Of a stretch of 64,000 bases of DNA, positions 44,689-54,869 are shown in pieces. The DNA lies in the NCBI GenBank assembly GCA_900544245.1, contig UQUH01000001.1:5928-69927 (forward strand). The letters are read 5' to 3'. Source of the DNA: an uncultured Coriobacteriaceae bacterium. GTDB lineage: Bacteria > Actinomycetota > Coriobacteriia > Coriobacteriales > QAMH01. The notes under the pieces are model-generated. The model made no database searches. It had not been told where the DNA came from and saw only the letters and a list, made by a program, of their open reading frames with translations. The translations under genes were made by a program, and so were the position numbers. Every line of letters begins with the position of its first letter. Position 1 is the first letter of the stretch.

Positions 44689-45880
44689 AGCGCTGCCTCC
44701 TCAAAGATTGCGCCGACAGCGCGAACAAGACGAGTGCCATGACGAGCAGGATAGCCAGGTGACCTGCCATGGGTGCGAGCGAGTCGTAGTACATGATGCT
44801 ATAGAACGCATGAGATATCTGGACGGCGGGGTTGATGTAGTCGAGTACGGGGAAGTTGGCCGAGACCATGTCGGCGAGCTCCATCGTGGGTTCGCCGTAG
44901 AGACCGGCGAAGAGCGATGCGAAGCAGACGATGCCGGTGAGGATGCCACTCTTGCCGCTTTCGGGAACCTTGGGGATGGCGGAGATAGCGCACCCCAACG
45001 CCGTGGCCGTGAGCGCCGCAATCGCCGTCGTGATCAGGCAGGCGCCATCGCGCCCCCCAAAGTCGATTCCAGCGACGTATCGCATGTAGAGATACGTGAC
45101 GCACAGGCAGGCAAAGGTGATGGTCCAGCTCGCGGCCACGGTTGCGGCCACGGTGCGCCCGTGACTGGTCGCGCCGAGCGCCCTGCGCGCGCCAAGGGGT
45201 GAGGTATTGGGCTTGAGGCGCTGAAACGCGATCATTCCAAGGGTGCCGCCGAAGAGCGCGGCCATGCCGAGCAATGCGAAGTAGAAACGCACGGATTCTT
45301 TCGGCTGGTTTGCCGTGACCGTCGTCCGGACCGTCGCCTCGATGGGCTCGGTCATGGATGCGAGGGTTTCCGCCATATCCGGCTGGGCAACCAGACCGGG
45401 ATTGTCATTCATCAGGTCGCGAATCATCGCGGCATTGGCGACATAGTTGTCCATTGCCATGACGAGGATGGAGGTCTTCAACCACTCCATGCCGGTCAAG
45501 TCGCTGACGCTCGTCACGTGGACGTCAGGGGTACCTTCCAAGAGCTGCACGTAGCCGACGTAAGGGTTCTCTTCTGCCATGTTCCGTTCGACGAGGTCTA
45601 CGGCCTCCTCGGCATTCGGGACATAGGTGATGGCAAAAAGCGACTCTCCGTTCCCGTCATCGCTCAGGGCGTCGAGAAAAGCCTGGAACGACTGCCCCTC
45701 GACGTCATCGGCGGGATCGACTGCGACGAGGGGTATGGGGTCGATTTCGGATTGGTCGTCGAGTGGCCCGAACATCATCATGAAGACGGTCGACAGGATG
45801 AGGGGGAACGCCAGGGCCCAAACGAGCACGCCGGGCATGCGAACCAGCTCGAGGATCGTGTATTTGAACGTGTTCCACAT
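44675..45880 (-). CDS. ABC-2-type exporter permease
   Basis: 401 aa with the same architecture as its neighbour. Confidence 0.75.
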   Translation of the reverse strand: MWNTFKYTILELVRMPGVLVWALAFPLILSTVFMMMFGPLDDQSEIDPIPLVAVDPADDVEGQSFQAFLDALSDDGNGESLFAITYVPNAEEAVDLVERNMAEENPYVGYVQLLEGTPDVHVTSVSDLTGMEWLKTSILVMAMDNYVANAAMIRDLMNDNPGLVAQPDMAETLASMTEPIEATVRTTVTANQPKESVRFYFALLGMAALFGGTLGMIAFQRLKPNTSPLGARRALGATSHGRTVAATVAASWTITFACLCVTYLYMRYVAGIDFGGRDGACLITTAIAALTATALGCAISAIPKVPESGKSGILTGIVCFASLFAGLYGEPTMELADMVSANFPVLDYINPAVQISHAFYSIMYYDSLAPMAGHLAILLVMALVLFALSAQSLRRQRYASL

Positions 45881-45895
45881 GGGGCATCACCTGCG

Positions 45896-46831
45896 CTAGT
45901 CGCGAAGTTCGCGGCCGGTGATTTCCAGGAACACGTCGTTGAGCGTCGGCGGTTCGGCCCAGATGCGCCCGGCACGCACATGGGCTTTCGCAAGCTCGTC
46001 AAGCACGTCCGCGACGTTATGCTCGCCGTTCTCGCAGGTGATGGAGAGCTGACCGGCATCGTATTGAGCGCCCAGCACATGGGGGAGGGACTGGATGCGC
46101 AGGAGCGCGCCTTCGGGCACCTCTGCTTCGATGACGATCTTCTCGCCCGCGGCGACAATTTGCTTGAGCTCCTCGTTGGTGCCGCACGCGAGCGTGCGGC
46201 CCTTGTCCATGATCATGATGCGCGTGCAGATTTCCTCGACTTCCTCCATGTAATGGCTCGTGTAGACGATGGTCGAGCCATTGGCGTTCATCTGCTTGAT
46301 GCCATCGAGGATCGATGCACGGCTCTGCGGGTCGACCGCGACCGTGGGTTCGTCGAAGAAGATGAGCTCGGGCTTGTGGGCGATGCCGCAGGCGATGTTC
46401 AGGCGCCTGAGCAGGCCACCGGAGAGCTTCTTGGGGCGGGATTTCTCGTAGTCCTCGAGACCGACGAATTCGATGGCCTCGTGCACGAGCTTCCTACGTG
46501 TCGTGCTGTCGCTCACGTATAGCCCGCAGAAGTAGTCGATGTTCTCGCGCACGCTGAGTTCCTCGAATACGGCGACGTTTTGCGGAACGATGCCGATTTT
46601 TCGCTTCAGGTCGTAGCTCGACTGTGTCATGGGTTGTCCGAACAGGCGAATCTCTCCGCGATCGTAGGTAAGCAGCTGGAGTATGCAGTTGATGGCGGTG
46701 GTCTTGCCGCTGCCGTTTGGCCCGAGTAATCCGAATATCTCGCCACGCTCGATTTCCATGGTGAAGTGGTCGAGGGCGATCATGTTGCCATAGCGCTTGA
46801 CCAAATCGACTACCGAAACGATGTCTTGCAT
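45896..46831 (-). CDS. ABC transporter ATP-binding protein (ABC-2/DrrA-like)
   Basis: Walker A GPNGSGKTT, signature LSGGLLRR and Walker B IFFDEPTVAVD. I chose ATG 46831 with RBS GGAGGG. The track start 47011 is rejected. Confidence 0.88.
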   Translation of the reverse strand: MQDIVSVVDLVKRYGNMIALDHFTMEIERGEIFGLLGPNGSGKTTAINCILQLLTYDRGEIRLFGQPMTQSSYDLKRKIGIVPQNVAVFEELSVRENIDYFCGLYVSDSTTRRKLVHEAIEFVGLEDYEKSRPKKLSGGLLRRLNIACGIAHKPELIFFDEPTVAVDPQSRASILDGIKQMNANGSTIVYTSHYMEEVEEICTRIMIMDKGRTLACGTNEELKQIVAAGEKIVIEAEVPEGALLRIQSLPHVLGAQYDAGQLSITCENGEHNVADVLDELAKAHVRAGRIWAEPPTLNDVFLEITGRELRD

Positions 46832-46996
46832 GTTCTTCCCTCCGCACGCCTGCCGGCACTGTCGAGTGGCTCCATTTAAGCCCGTATGGGGCTTCAATGT
46901 AAACATGACATTTGTCATCGATGAGGAAAATGACCGGTCAGATGCCGTTTGCCATCGAACATGCGGATAATCACTGGCGCGTGGCCATTTGATATA

Positions 46997-47030
46997 GAGC
47001 CCCGCCATCATCCCGGTGATGGCGGGGCTC
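46997..47030 (-). terminator. Strong hairpin downstream of the GPH transporter gene
   Basis: GAGCCCCGCCATCA/TGATGGCGGGGCTC has 14-bp arms and a 6-nt loop. There is no clear T-run. Confidence 0.5.
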
Positions 47031-47060
47031 CTGATTCTGCAAAGACGAAATTACAAGAGG

Positions 47061-48437
47061 CTAGTCTGCACGGCTCTTCGCGACTAGGTCGCCGCTTCCC
47101 CTGTTTTCTATTTCCTCGCTCATGACCGGTATGTCGCTATCTTTTATTTTAAACATAAAGATAAGCGGGATGAGTGATATGAGAAGCAAAACGATGGGAA
47201 GAAGGAAGTACATTTGAAATATACCGGCTTGTGCTGCCACATTAAAAGTCGTGGCGGCTGCATCATATCCGACAAACGCAAGGAACGCTGGGAGAATAAT
47301 TGCGCGAAGCGTAACACCCACTTTAACGGCCACGGGCATAAGGGACATAGTCACGCCGGTTGTGTTTTCCCCGGTTTTCCAGTAGCTCCAAGTCGCGCAC
47401 ATTGAGTAGAGGTTGACAGTCAGCCCATAGGCAAAGCCGAAGAAGATTTGCGAAGCAAACAGCAAAATGTTGAGCACGAGGTAGTCTGGCTGGATAAAGA
47501 AAGCGATTGCCCACAGGATGAGCCAGCCGGCAACGCCAACAATTGTTGCGGTCTTGGTTCCGATTGCCTTTGCCACGCGCGCGGCAACGAAAGAACCGAT
47601 GAAGCAGCCGATATAGTAAACCATCAGGATGGTTCCGCTCGCCGCCGGATCGCCCAGGACAACTTTTGCATAGTACGCGGTGCCGGCTGCTACGGTGTAG
47701 TAGGCAATAAGACGAAGTAAATCATGTAGCACGACGCCAATTAGATGCGGATTTGTAATGACGTTTTTGCCCATTGCCTTAAAGGAAACCGTCTTCCCCG
47801 CATCTGACTTTGTTTCGGTGTCGTACCCCTTCGTAACTATGTATTGGATGCTCATGCAAGCGATGTAAATGAGCGAGAAGATCGCAGCACAAATGGTGTA
47901 TGCCCCGACACCGCTCACAAGAGTGGCAAGAGCGGCGGTAAGCCAGGGAACGAGCTGGGATGCACATACACGACCGAGAGCCGCACCGGCGCCCAAGCGC
48001 CCCGAGAGGAACGCTCGTTCGCTCGGCTCGTCTGTGAGTACATTGGTGAGGCTGCGGACGGCCGTATAGCTGATGTTCCAGAAGAAATGACTAATAATGT
48101 AGCCAACGGCGATGATGATTCCTGCTGTTATGTCACCACCGATTTTCGTGAAGCAGAGGATAAAGAACACCATGGCACAAAGCGGGGCGTAGAGCAGCCA
48201 TGGACGGTATTTGCCATTCTTAAAGTGAAACTTGTTGATGAAAACGCCGGCAATCGCGGCCGAAATAATATCGACTGCCGAAGCACCACCAGCAATAATA
48301 CCCGAAATTGCAAGTGGCAATTGCGCCACATCAGTCAGAAAGAATATGAAGAAAGCCGTCTCGAGCGTCGCGGTAATCGAGAAGCCCACTTCCGATATGC
48401 CCCAAACCGTTTTGATCTTTGAATTGATCCCCTTCAT
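47061..48437 (-). CDS. Glycoside-pentoside-hexuronide (GPH):cation symporter-family MFS transporter
   Basis: 458 aa with 12 TM helices. The N-terminus GISEVGFSITATLETAFFIFFLTDV and GKYRPWLLYAP is typical of MelB/YicJ-type carriers. Local GC is low. Confidence 0.8.
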   Translation of the reverse strand: MKGINSKIKTVWGISEVGFSITATLETAFFIFFLTDVAQLPLAISGIIAGGASAVDIISAAIAGVFINKFHFKNGKYRPWLLYAPLCAMVFFILCFTKIGGDITAGIIIAVGYIISHFFWNISYTAVRSLTNVLTDEPSERAFLSGRLGAGAALGRVCASQLVPWLTAALATLVSGVGAYTICAAIFSLIYIACMSIQYIVTKGYDTETKSDAGKTVSFKAMGKNVITNPHLIGVVLHDLLRLIAYYTVAAGTAYYAKVVLGDPAASGTILMVYYIGCFIGSFVAARVAKAIGTKTATIVGVAGWLILWAIAFFIQPDYLVLNILLFASQIFFGFAYGLTVNLYSMCATWSYWKTGENTTGVTMSLMPVAVKVGVTLRAIILPAFLAFVGYDAAATTFNVAAQAGIFQMYFLLPIVLLLISLIPLIFMFKIKDSDIPVMSEEIENRGSGDLVAKSRAD

Positions 48438-48679
48438 GCACCCTCCTTTTATTTAGAAGCTTCTTCGGGCGTGTGGCGTTATCTGCCTTTCTCTTTTGCC
48501 AGATGTTCATACGCCCTTTCTGCGCGGGATTACGCGCTACACGAGTTTATGTACCGGGTCAGATGAAAGCATTGGGCTTGATGTTGCATATAAACTGCGA
48601 TTACTTTGTGCCATCCGCATAGAGTGTTTTGCTCGGCATCTTAGTATTGGCGAAACCGCGCAATGAGTATTCGATGTTT

Positions 48680-48694
48680 TGTGCGAATTGCACA
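48680..48694. promoter_or_regulatory. Palindromic site S1 (TGTGC-N5-GCACA) in the GPH/PucR divergent region
   Basis: TGTGCGAATTGCACA lies 92 nt upstream of the PucR-like start. It follows the same pattern as S2 and S3. Confidence 0.55.
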
Positions 48695-48785
48695 ATTTAC
48701 TATGGGTGCATGTAGCTTGGTGCCTATAGCGTGCGTGAAGTTGAGGGGCTAGAATCAACGGACACGGGAACGAATCGCTCGGGGG

Positions 48786-50405
48786 ATGGGAGTCTTCGTG
48801 GGGATTACGTTCAACATAATCGAACATGAGTTGAAGAAGCTGTGGCCTATCCAACGCAGCCTGGATGGGAATCCTTCATTTGATGACGCCCGAATCTACC
48901 ATGACGGCGAGTTGCCGGCTTCGAAAGGCATGCTTTACATATGCGATGATGTCGAATCCTGTGAAAAGGCATCGGAGGACGGCCATGTGGTGATTTACGT
49001 TTGCCGTGAATCGGCCCCCGGCTTGCGTGACGTCATTTACGACCTCCGTGTTCTCGAGTGCCCCGACAAACTTGCGGTCTTGGATGCGTTGCTGGACATC
49101 TTTTCAAAGTACCGGTCTTGGGAAGCGGAACTGAACATGTGCTGCTTCGAAGATGGGGGGCTCCAGGAGCTCTTGGATGTGAGTGCGTCGTTTTTGAAAA
49201 ACCATGTCGTCATTTTGGATGCCGCACTGAAACTACTCGCCTATTCCAAGGATGTTCCCTGCGATGATGAGATAACCATGGAGTTGATCGCACATGGATA
49301 CCACACCGAAGCGAATATCACGAAGTTTAAGTTGCACCGCAGGTTTAAGCCATGGTCAGAGGAGGACGGGTTTGTCATTAATGATTCCTATGAGATATGC
49401 AAGTACATTACTGTCGCATATTCTTTTAAGACAGATGCTTCTTTTTCGATGATTCTGGTAATGATGTGTAACGTCGAAGATCCGCTTCCGTACCTGCTCG
49501 ATACGTTTTCCATTTTTATCAAGTATGTCGAGTACTATGTCAAGCGAGACTATCCGGCTAATAAACCAGCAGGAAATGCCGTCGATACCTTTTTAAGAGA
49601 TCTGTGCTCCGGCTCTCTTCGTGACAGAGCCGTGATTGCCGAGAGATGCGATTATGTGGCTCTTCCATATAATGCGCGCTTCTGCCTCTTCTACGTGGAG
49701 ACAAAGGCGGACTCCGTTCCATTTCTAAGGATACTATCGGATATCACGCTCGCGGTAGCCCCAGCAAAAGTGGTGGCAATAGACGACGCTCTTGTCATCC
49801 TATGTTTCAATTGCTTTCATGAGAGATGCCATCTTCATTGCGAGGCGCAGCATTGCGCCAAGGGCGCTAAGTCAACTTCCTCGCGCTTAAATAGGTTGAT
49901 GGAATCGTATGATTTGTATTGTGGGCGCAGTTCAAAGTTTGCAAACCTGGGAGATAGCCGCGTTGCCTTTCTGCAGGCAAGGGCAGCATATGACATTGGC
50001 ATAAAGAGCGCTTCCGGATTTGCGGGCTGCATGCCGCCGTGGGGACGAATTGTCTCATTTGATACTTGCTACGTAGACTTCCTGAACGATAATCTTCCCG
50101 AGGAAAAACGAGAAATGGCCTTAATGACCTATGCTGGAAGTATCCTGGAAGTCATCGCCGAGTCTGATACCAGCGCCAGGACTGATAATTACGACTTTCT
50201 GTATAAGTATCTTGAATGCGAGAGAAAGGCATCAGTTACGGCAAATGCGCTTCACATGCATCGCAACAATGTCAAATACCGGATTGACCGGATCGAACAA
50301 CAATTTGGAATCGATACCGATGACCCAACGCTTCGTTTTGATCTCATGCTCGCCTATCGCTTGCGCAAAACACACACTGTGCATAATGCACAATCAAACG
50401 AGTGA
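48786..50405 (+). CDS. PucR-family transcriptional regulator
   Basis: 539 aa. The C-terminal HTH ANALHMHRNNVKYRIDRIEQQFGID...RFDLMLAYRL is typical of the PucR C-terminal domain. Confidence 0.8.
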   Translation: MGVFVGITFNIIEHELKKLWPIQRSLDGNPSFDDARIYHDGELPASKGMLYICDDVESCEKASEDGHVVIYVCRESAPGLRDVIYDLRVLECPDKLAVLDALLDIFSKYRSWEAELNMCCFEDGGLQELLDVSASFLKNHVVILDAALKLLAYSKDVPCDDEITMELIAHGYHTEANITKFKLHRRFKPWSEEDGFVINDSYEICKYITVAYSFKTDASFSMILVMMCNVEDPLPYLLDTFSIFIKYVEYYVKRDYPANKPAGNAVDTFLRDLCSGSLRDRAVIAERCDYVALPYNARFCLFYVETKADSVPFLRILSDITLAVAPAKVVAIDDALVILCFNCFHERCHLHCEAQHCAKGAKSTSSRLNRLMESYDLYCGRSSKFANLGDSRVAFLQARAAYDIGIKSASGFAGCMPPWGRIVSFDTCYVDFLNDNLPEEKREMALMTYAGSILEVIAESDTSARTDNYDFLYKYLECERKASVTANALHMHRNNVKYRIDRIEQQFGIDTDDPTLRFDLMLAYRLRKTHTVHNAQSNE

Positions 50406-50622
50406 ATGATATGTCCATACGCAAAGAAAACTACAGCAGCGAAGCGAACTCATCATTCTGACCTGCAGACTCCGCGCTTGCATGAACGATTACTTGGCAA
50501 TGCGTTGCTGTCTCATCGCCCGACGTGTCCTCGTTGGTGCCGTATCTAGATAGCTATTGCTGCGTCAGCCATTTTCTGTCTTTTGCTGAACGCCGCTGAT
50601 TTTTGCAGGTCAGATAACTGAT

Positions 50623-50637
50623 TTGTGCAATTTGCAT
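50623..50637. promoter_or_regulatory. Palindromic site S2 (TGTGC-N5-GCATA)
   Basis: TGTGCAATTTGCATA lies 123 nt upstream of ATG 50760. Confidence 0.55.
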
Positions 50638-50759
50638 ATCACAATCGGGCATATTCGGTGAGTGTTGGACAATGCGGCCTCCTTATTTGCCCCTCTATAG
50701 TTTCGCGTTGCGGCGCGTCAAGTGCCGTGACAGTTATCAAGGCTGAGAGGATGGTTACA

Positions 50760-52307
50760 ATGGCAATTAAGAAGCTTGATGATGTTCGTCTGAATGTTAA
50801 GCCGATATTCCTAACCCTGTATCACGAATACGTGTTTGAGGGTCCCTGCCGTTTTGGCGATGGCATGCAGCTTGAGAAGGAATTCGACTTGATGATGGCT
50901 GCAGAGAAGTTCAAGGGTTGGTACAAGCAGCTTCAGGATGCAATGCCCGAGAACGTTGTCAACCTGCTCGATCCGGTCGAGGTTCAGCGCGACGAGAACT
51001 TCCTGACCACGGATGACATGCTCGAGAAGCTGGCCGAGGGCTGCGAGGATGTTGACCTGTACTACATCGGCTATGCAAGCCGTCCTTACGACTTGGCGCT
51101 CGAGTTCGCCCAGCGTGTCGGCAAGCCCATGGCAATCACTCAGGCCTGCTGCGCCTCTTCTATCACGTCCGCAGAGTTCCTGGCCCGAGGTCTTGAGTTC
51201 TATCCGTTCGAGGAGTGGACGGACGCCACCAGCTACATGACGATTCTGCGCGCTCGCAAGGCCCTGCACGAGGCGAAGTGCCTGTGCGCCGTTCGTGCAA
51301 CCAGCTCTGTTTCCGTGTCTGCTCCCGATTCCATCATCGATCCCGAAACGGCAACTGCCAAGTTCGGTATTCGCTGGCGCTTCATCTCGGCGCACGAGTT
51401 GCTGGACCAGATTTCCTACGATGACCCCATGTCCAACTATAACACCCCGGGTCGCAAGGGTCTCAACTTCACCGAGGAAGATGCTGCGGCGATCGAGAAA
51501 GCGACTCGCGAGTTCATTGACAACGCCCAGGTCAATTATATGAAGGAAGAGTACGTCAAGAAGTCCATCGAGGCTTGGTACGGTATCAACAAGTTCCTGG
51601 AGGCTACGGAGTGCAACTGCTTCACTGCTCCTTGCCCCGACCTGTGCGCAACGCGCCGCTTGAATGAGAAGCAGTTCACCATGTGCCTCAATCATTCCCT
51701 CAACAACGAGGCTGGCATTCCCTCTGCATGCGAGTATGATCTCGGTGCAATCATCTCCAAGGTCATCTTGCAGGAGCTCGGCCGCCGTCCGACCTATATG
51801 GGCAACTGCTTCACCGTTCCCGTTCGCAATGGCAAGCGCAGCCAGCTTCCCAAGGCTCTGTTCTTCACTCCGGAGGAAGTCGATGAGAAGATGGAGCTCC
51901 TGGGTACCGATGGAGATGTTGTCCTGACCTTCCATTCCGTCGCAAACCGTCGTTGGGAGAGCTACGACGAGCCTCTGCGTCCCTACAACATCCGCGAGTT
52001 TGCTCGTTCTGGTTGGGGCGCGACCGTCCGCTATGATTATGCGCAGGACGCCGGCCAGGTAATCACCATGTGCCGCATCGACCCCACCTGCACCAAGCTG
52101 TTCGTTGCCAAGGGCGAGATAGTCGCATCCATGGGCTACGAGTCCACCAATTGCTCTAATGGCGTCTTCTTCAAGGTCAAGGATTCCAAGGACTTCTTCC
52201 AGAAGCAGGCTGCAATCGGAAATCACATGCCGTTGATCTACGGCGATTTCGAGGAGCAGGTTATCGAGCTCGGCAAGCTGCTAGGTCTTGAGGTCATCGT
52301 CGCCTAA
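50760..52307 (+). CDS. Uncharacterised 515-aa protein, distantly L-fucose/L-arabinose isomerase-like (tentative)
   Basis: ATG 50760 lies 9 nt after GAGAGG. IPSACEYDLGAIISKVILQEL and GNHMPLIYGDFEEQVIELGKLLGLEV resemble the metal-site and C-terminal regions of the sugar isomerase superfamily. The 471-aa antisense ORF is rejected. Confidence 0.45.
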   Translation: MAIKKLDDVRLNVKPIFLTLYHEYVFEGPCRFGDGMQLEKEFDLMMAAEKFKGWYKQLQDAMPENVVNLLDPVEVQRDENFLTTDDMLEKLAEGCEDVDLYYIGYASRPYDLALEFAQRVGKPMAITQACCASSITSAEFLARGLEFYPFEEWTDATSYMTILRARKALHEAKCLCAVRATSSVSVSAPDSIIDPETATAKFGIRWRFISAHELLDQISYDDPMSNYNTPGRKGLNFTEEDAAAIEKATREFIDNAQVNYMKEEYVKKSIEAWYGINKFLEATECNCFTAPCPDLCATRRLNEKQFTMCLNHSLNNEAGIPSACEYDLGAIISKVILQELGRRPTYMGNCFTVPVRNGKRSQLPKALFFTPEEVDEKMELLGTDGDVVLTFHSVANRRWESYDEPLRPYNIREFARSGWGATVRYDYAQDAGQVITMCRIDPTCTKLFVAKGEIVASMGYESTNCSNGVFFKVKDSKDFFQKQAAIGNHMPLIYGDFEEQVIELGKLLGLEVIVA

Positions 52308-52427
52308 TCACCTTTTGGCTTGGAAGATTTTTCTTCCTGCACGCTTCAGATCCAAAGTTGGCTGGGCTGCTCGGGAAACCGAGTGGTCCAGCCAAAATAA
52401 TAGAGCGAGCCGTCAAGGAGCTTGGTC

Positions 52428-52856
52428 ATGCAAACACCAGACCAGATTCAAAGCGAGGTTATTCAGAGTTTTCTGGACGCGGGTGATCCATTGGCTCAGT
52501 TTGAATATCTGTTGACTTTGTCCTATCGACTCGAGGAGATGCCGGAGGAAGAGCGCACCAAGGACGTTCTGGTTAAAGGATGTCAAAGCCAGGTTTGGCT
52601 CTATGTTGATTGGCCAGATGGGAAAATGAGTATTCGCGGAGAAAGCGATACGCTCATGGTGCGCGGCGTGATCAATATTTTCAAAATGATGTTTGATGGG
52701 CGTTCCCCGCAAGAAGTGCTCGATTGTCCCATTCGCTTTGTTTCCGAGACGGACCTTGATGCAATTTTCGACCCGCAGCGCAAGGCCGGTGTCGCCTCCA
52801 TTTACGAAACCATATGTGTTTCCGCACGCGGGCAGTTGGCAGATCACGCTAAGTAA
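52428..52856 (+). CDS. sufE: SufE/CsdE-type sulfur acceptor
   Basis: VKGCQSQVWLYV holds the conserved persulfide Cys motif. ATG 52428 lies 7 nt after AAGGAG. Confidence 0.85.
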   Translation: MQTPDQIQSEVIQSFLDAGDPLAQFEYLLTLSYRLEEMPEEERTKDVLVKGCQSQVWLYVDWPDGKMSIRGESDTLMVRGVINIFKMMFDGRSPQEVLDCPIRFVSETDLDAIFDPQRKAGVASIYETICVSARGQLADHAK

Positions 52857-52868
52857 GGAAGGATGCTT

Positions 52869-53291
52869 ATGGCACAAAGGACCTTGAAAGAGCAACTGGA
52901 GGAAGCCGAGCAGCATTCCAAGGAGGTCCTCGATCAGCTCTTGGACGAGAATACAACGCGCGACGAGTTTCGTACGCTCATGAAATCGTATGTCGGGTAT
53001 CGTTTTTTTCTCGAGCCGGAGGAAATGAAGACGGACGTCATTTTGGATCTTGCAGAAGACAGCGTTGAGAAGCTTTTGAGCATCAACGATCTAAGCGTCA
53101 CGCTTTCCGAGGGGTCGCAAACCTGTACTAATCAGAGCTCTACGGACATCAAGAAGGTCCTGCTTTCGCTTACACTGCAACGTGCAATGGGAATCAAGTT
53201 CACGCCCGAGGAGTCTGCCGGTCTGGATACGATCGAAAAGCTCGCCTGCGCGCTTTTCGATGCGAAGAGTGATTCGACGCGCGTAAGATAG
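52869..53291 (+). CDS. Hypothetical protein (140 aa), helical; the C-terminal part is faintly carrier-protein-like
   Basis: The ORF lies between sufE and sufS, with RBS AAGGAAGG. I recognised no family. The spacing pattern SSTDIKKVLLSLTLQRAMGIKFTPEE...LDTIEKLACALF recalls ACP helices II-IV, but this is weak. Confidence 0.5.
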   Translation: MAQRTLKEQLEEAEQHSKEVLDQLLDENTTRDEFRTLMKSYVGYRFFLEPEEMKTDVILDLAEDSVEKLLSINDLSVTLSEGSQTCTNQSSTDIKKVLLSLTLQRAMGIKFTPEESAGLDTIEKLACALFDAKSDSTRVR

Positions 53292-53317
53292 CAAGCTACG
53301 AATGAAGGGAATCTGTT

Positions 53318-53554
53318 ATGACAATGCCAGACACTACGAGGCTCATCAAGCTCACTGTGGTGGATATGAATGGCCCGGACGATCTTGAGAAGCTAAAAGA
53401 TTTCTTTGCCAAAGAATTCGATTCCGATTTCACAATCGACGCAAATTACGACACCGGAATCATTACCATCGATGGACTTTGGGAAGAGGACACCGACATC
53501 ATCGATGCTGTTAACGAAGCGGGCTTCAGAGTCACTTACGCTTTGGCGATATAG
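53318..53554 (+). CDS. Hypothetical small protein (78 aa), ferredoxin-like/HMA-like beta-alpha-beta-beta-alpha-beta pattern without the CxxC motif
   Basis: RBS is GAAGGGA. IKLTVVDMNGPDDLEKLKDFF...GIITIDG...IIDAVNEAGFRV mimics the HMA-domain layout but has no cysteines. Confidence 0.5.
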   Translation: MTMPDTTRLIKLTVVDMNGPDDLEKLKDFFAKEFDSDFTIDANYDTGIITIDGLWEEDTDIIDAVNEAGFRVTYALAI

Positions 53555-53614
53555 CCATCTTTGATTGTCCGTCCTGAAGCAATTAATGGCTTCTTGCGCC
53601 TAGGGGGCATCTGC

Positions 53615-54829
53615 GTGTTCGACGTGAAAAAGGTTCGTAGCGATTTCCCGATTTTGGAGACTCAAGCCAACGGAAGGCCGTTGGTCTATCTGGATAATGC
53701 CGCGACAATGCAGATGCCCTTGCCTGTCATGCAGGCGATGCAGAAGCATTATGAGCTGGAAAATGCGAACGTCCATCGTGGTACGCATTATCTCTCCCAC
53801 GAGTCAACCAGGGCGTATGAGGAGGCGCGTGAGTCCATTGCGCGTTTCCTCAATGCCGCAGATGCGAGTAATATCGTATTCACTCCAGGAACAACCGGTG
53901 CTCTTAATATTGTCGCATCAGGATTACGCAATTACATACAGCCTGGCGACGTGGTGGTTGTGACCGCGCTCGAGCATCACTCTAACTATGTACCCTGGCA
54001 GCAGCTTTGCAAGGAGCGCGGTGCGGATTTTAGATGTGTCGGGATAGATGCCAACGGCGATCTCGACATGTCTGCATTGTGCGAGATGGCCGCTGGCGCA
54101 AAGGTGGTTGCGTGCACATGCTGCTCGAATGTCCTCGGCACTGTTACACCCATCGAGCAGGTTGTCCAGATTGCCCATGAGGCGGGCGCTTTGTGTGTAC
54201 TCGATGCTGCTCAGGGAATTCGCCACGAGCATATTGACGTGCAGAAACTGGATTGTGACTTCTTGGCATTCTCCGGTCACAAGATTGGTGCACCGGCTGG
54301 TATTGGCGTGCTCTATGGCAAACGCGAGACTCTTGAGTTGCTTGAGCCCCGCTGGTTTGGCGGGGAGATGGTTGACATTGTCACCATGAGTGAAACTACC
54401 TGGGAAGATCTGCCTCTTCGTCTGGAGCCAGGCACTCCAAACTACGCGGGTGCTATTGGCTTGGGAGCAGCAATTGATTACCTGGTCTCCATTGACAAGG
54501 ACGAGGCAGCCCAGCACGAAGACGATCTCATTGCGTATGCTGAAAAGCGTCTCGGCGAGATTGACGGCATGAAAATCTACGGCAGCCCCAATCATCGCAG
54601 CGGCTGCCTTTCCTTCAATATTGATGGAGCGCACCCCTTTGATGTCTGCACGCTTGTCGACAAGATGGGTATTGCACTCAGGAGCGGAAACATGTGTGCG
54701 CAGCCACTGCTTAACGAGCTTGGTTGCACTGCTGTCGCTCGTCTGTCACCTGCTTTCTATAACACGAGCGAGGAAATAGATATCACGGTCGAAGCGCTGC
54801 AACGCGCGGTAGTGGTGCTCAAACACTAG
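53615..54829 (+). CDS. sufS: Class II cysteine desulfurase (SufS/CsdA type)
   Basis: DNAATMQMP, HRGTHYLS, FSGHKIGAP (PLP Lys) and RSGNMCAQP (active-site Cys loop). I chose GTG 53615, 7 nt after TAGGGGG. The track TTG start at 53561 is unsupported. Confidence 0.85.
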   Translation: MFDVKKVRSDFPILETQANGRPLVYLDNAATMQMPLPVMQAMQKHYELENANVHRGTHYLSHESTRAYEEARESIARFLNAADASNIVFTPGTTGALNIVASGLRNYIQPGDVVVVTALEHHSNYVPWQQLCKERGADFRCVGIDANGDLDMSALCEMAAGAKVVACTCCSNVLGTVTPIEQVVQIAHEAGALCVLDAAQGIRHEHIDVQKLDCDFLAFSGHKIGAPAGIGVLYGKRETLELLEPRWFGGEMVDIVTMSETTWEDLPLRLEPGTPNYAGAIGLGAAIDYLVSIDKDEAAQHEDDLIAYAEKRLGEIDGMKIYGSPNHRSGCLSFNIDGAHPFDVCTLVDKMGIALRSGNMCAQPLLNELGCTAVARLSPAFYNTSEEIDITVEALQRAVVVLKH

Positions 54830-54869
54830 TGCTCGGGCCAAACCTGAGCAGAACCAAAGACCCATTGAT

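Noticed and set aside
45518-46522. 334-aa plus-strand ORF
   Set aside because: It is antisense to the ABC-2 permease and ATPase genes, which carry Walker and signature motifs.
50811-52226. 471-aa minus-strand ORF inside the low-GC island
   Set aside because: It is antisense to the 515-aa isomerase-like ORF. The plus-strand product has balanced, protein-like composition and a well-spaced RBS. The minus-strand product is Leu/Gly/Arg/Ala/Val-biased with no start context.
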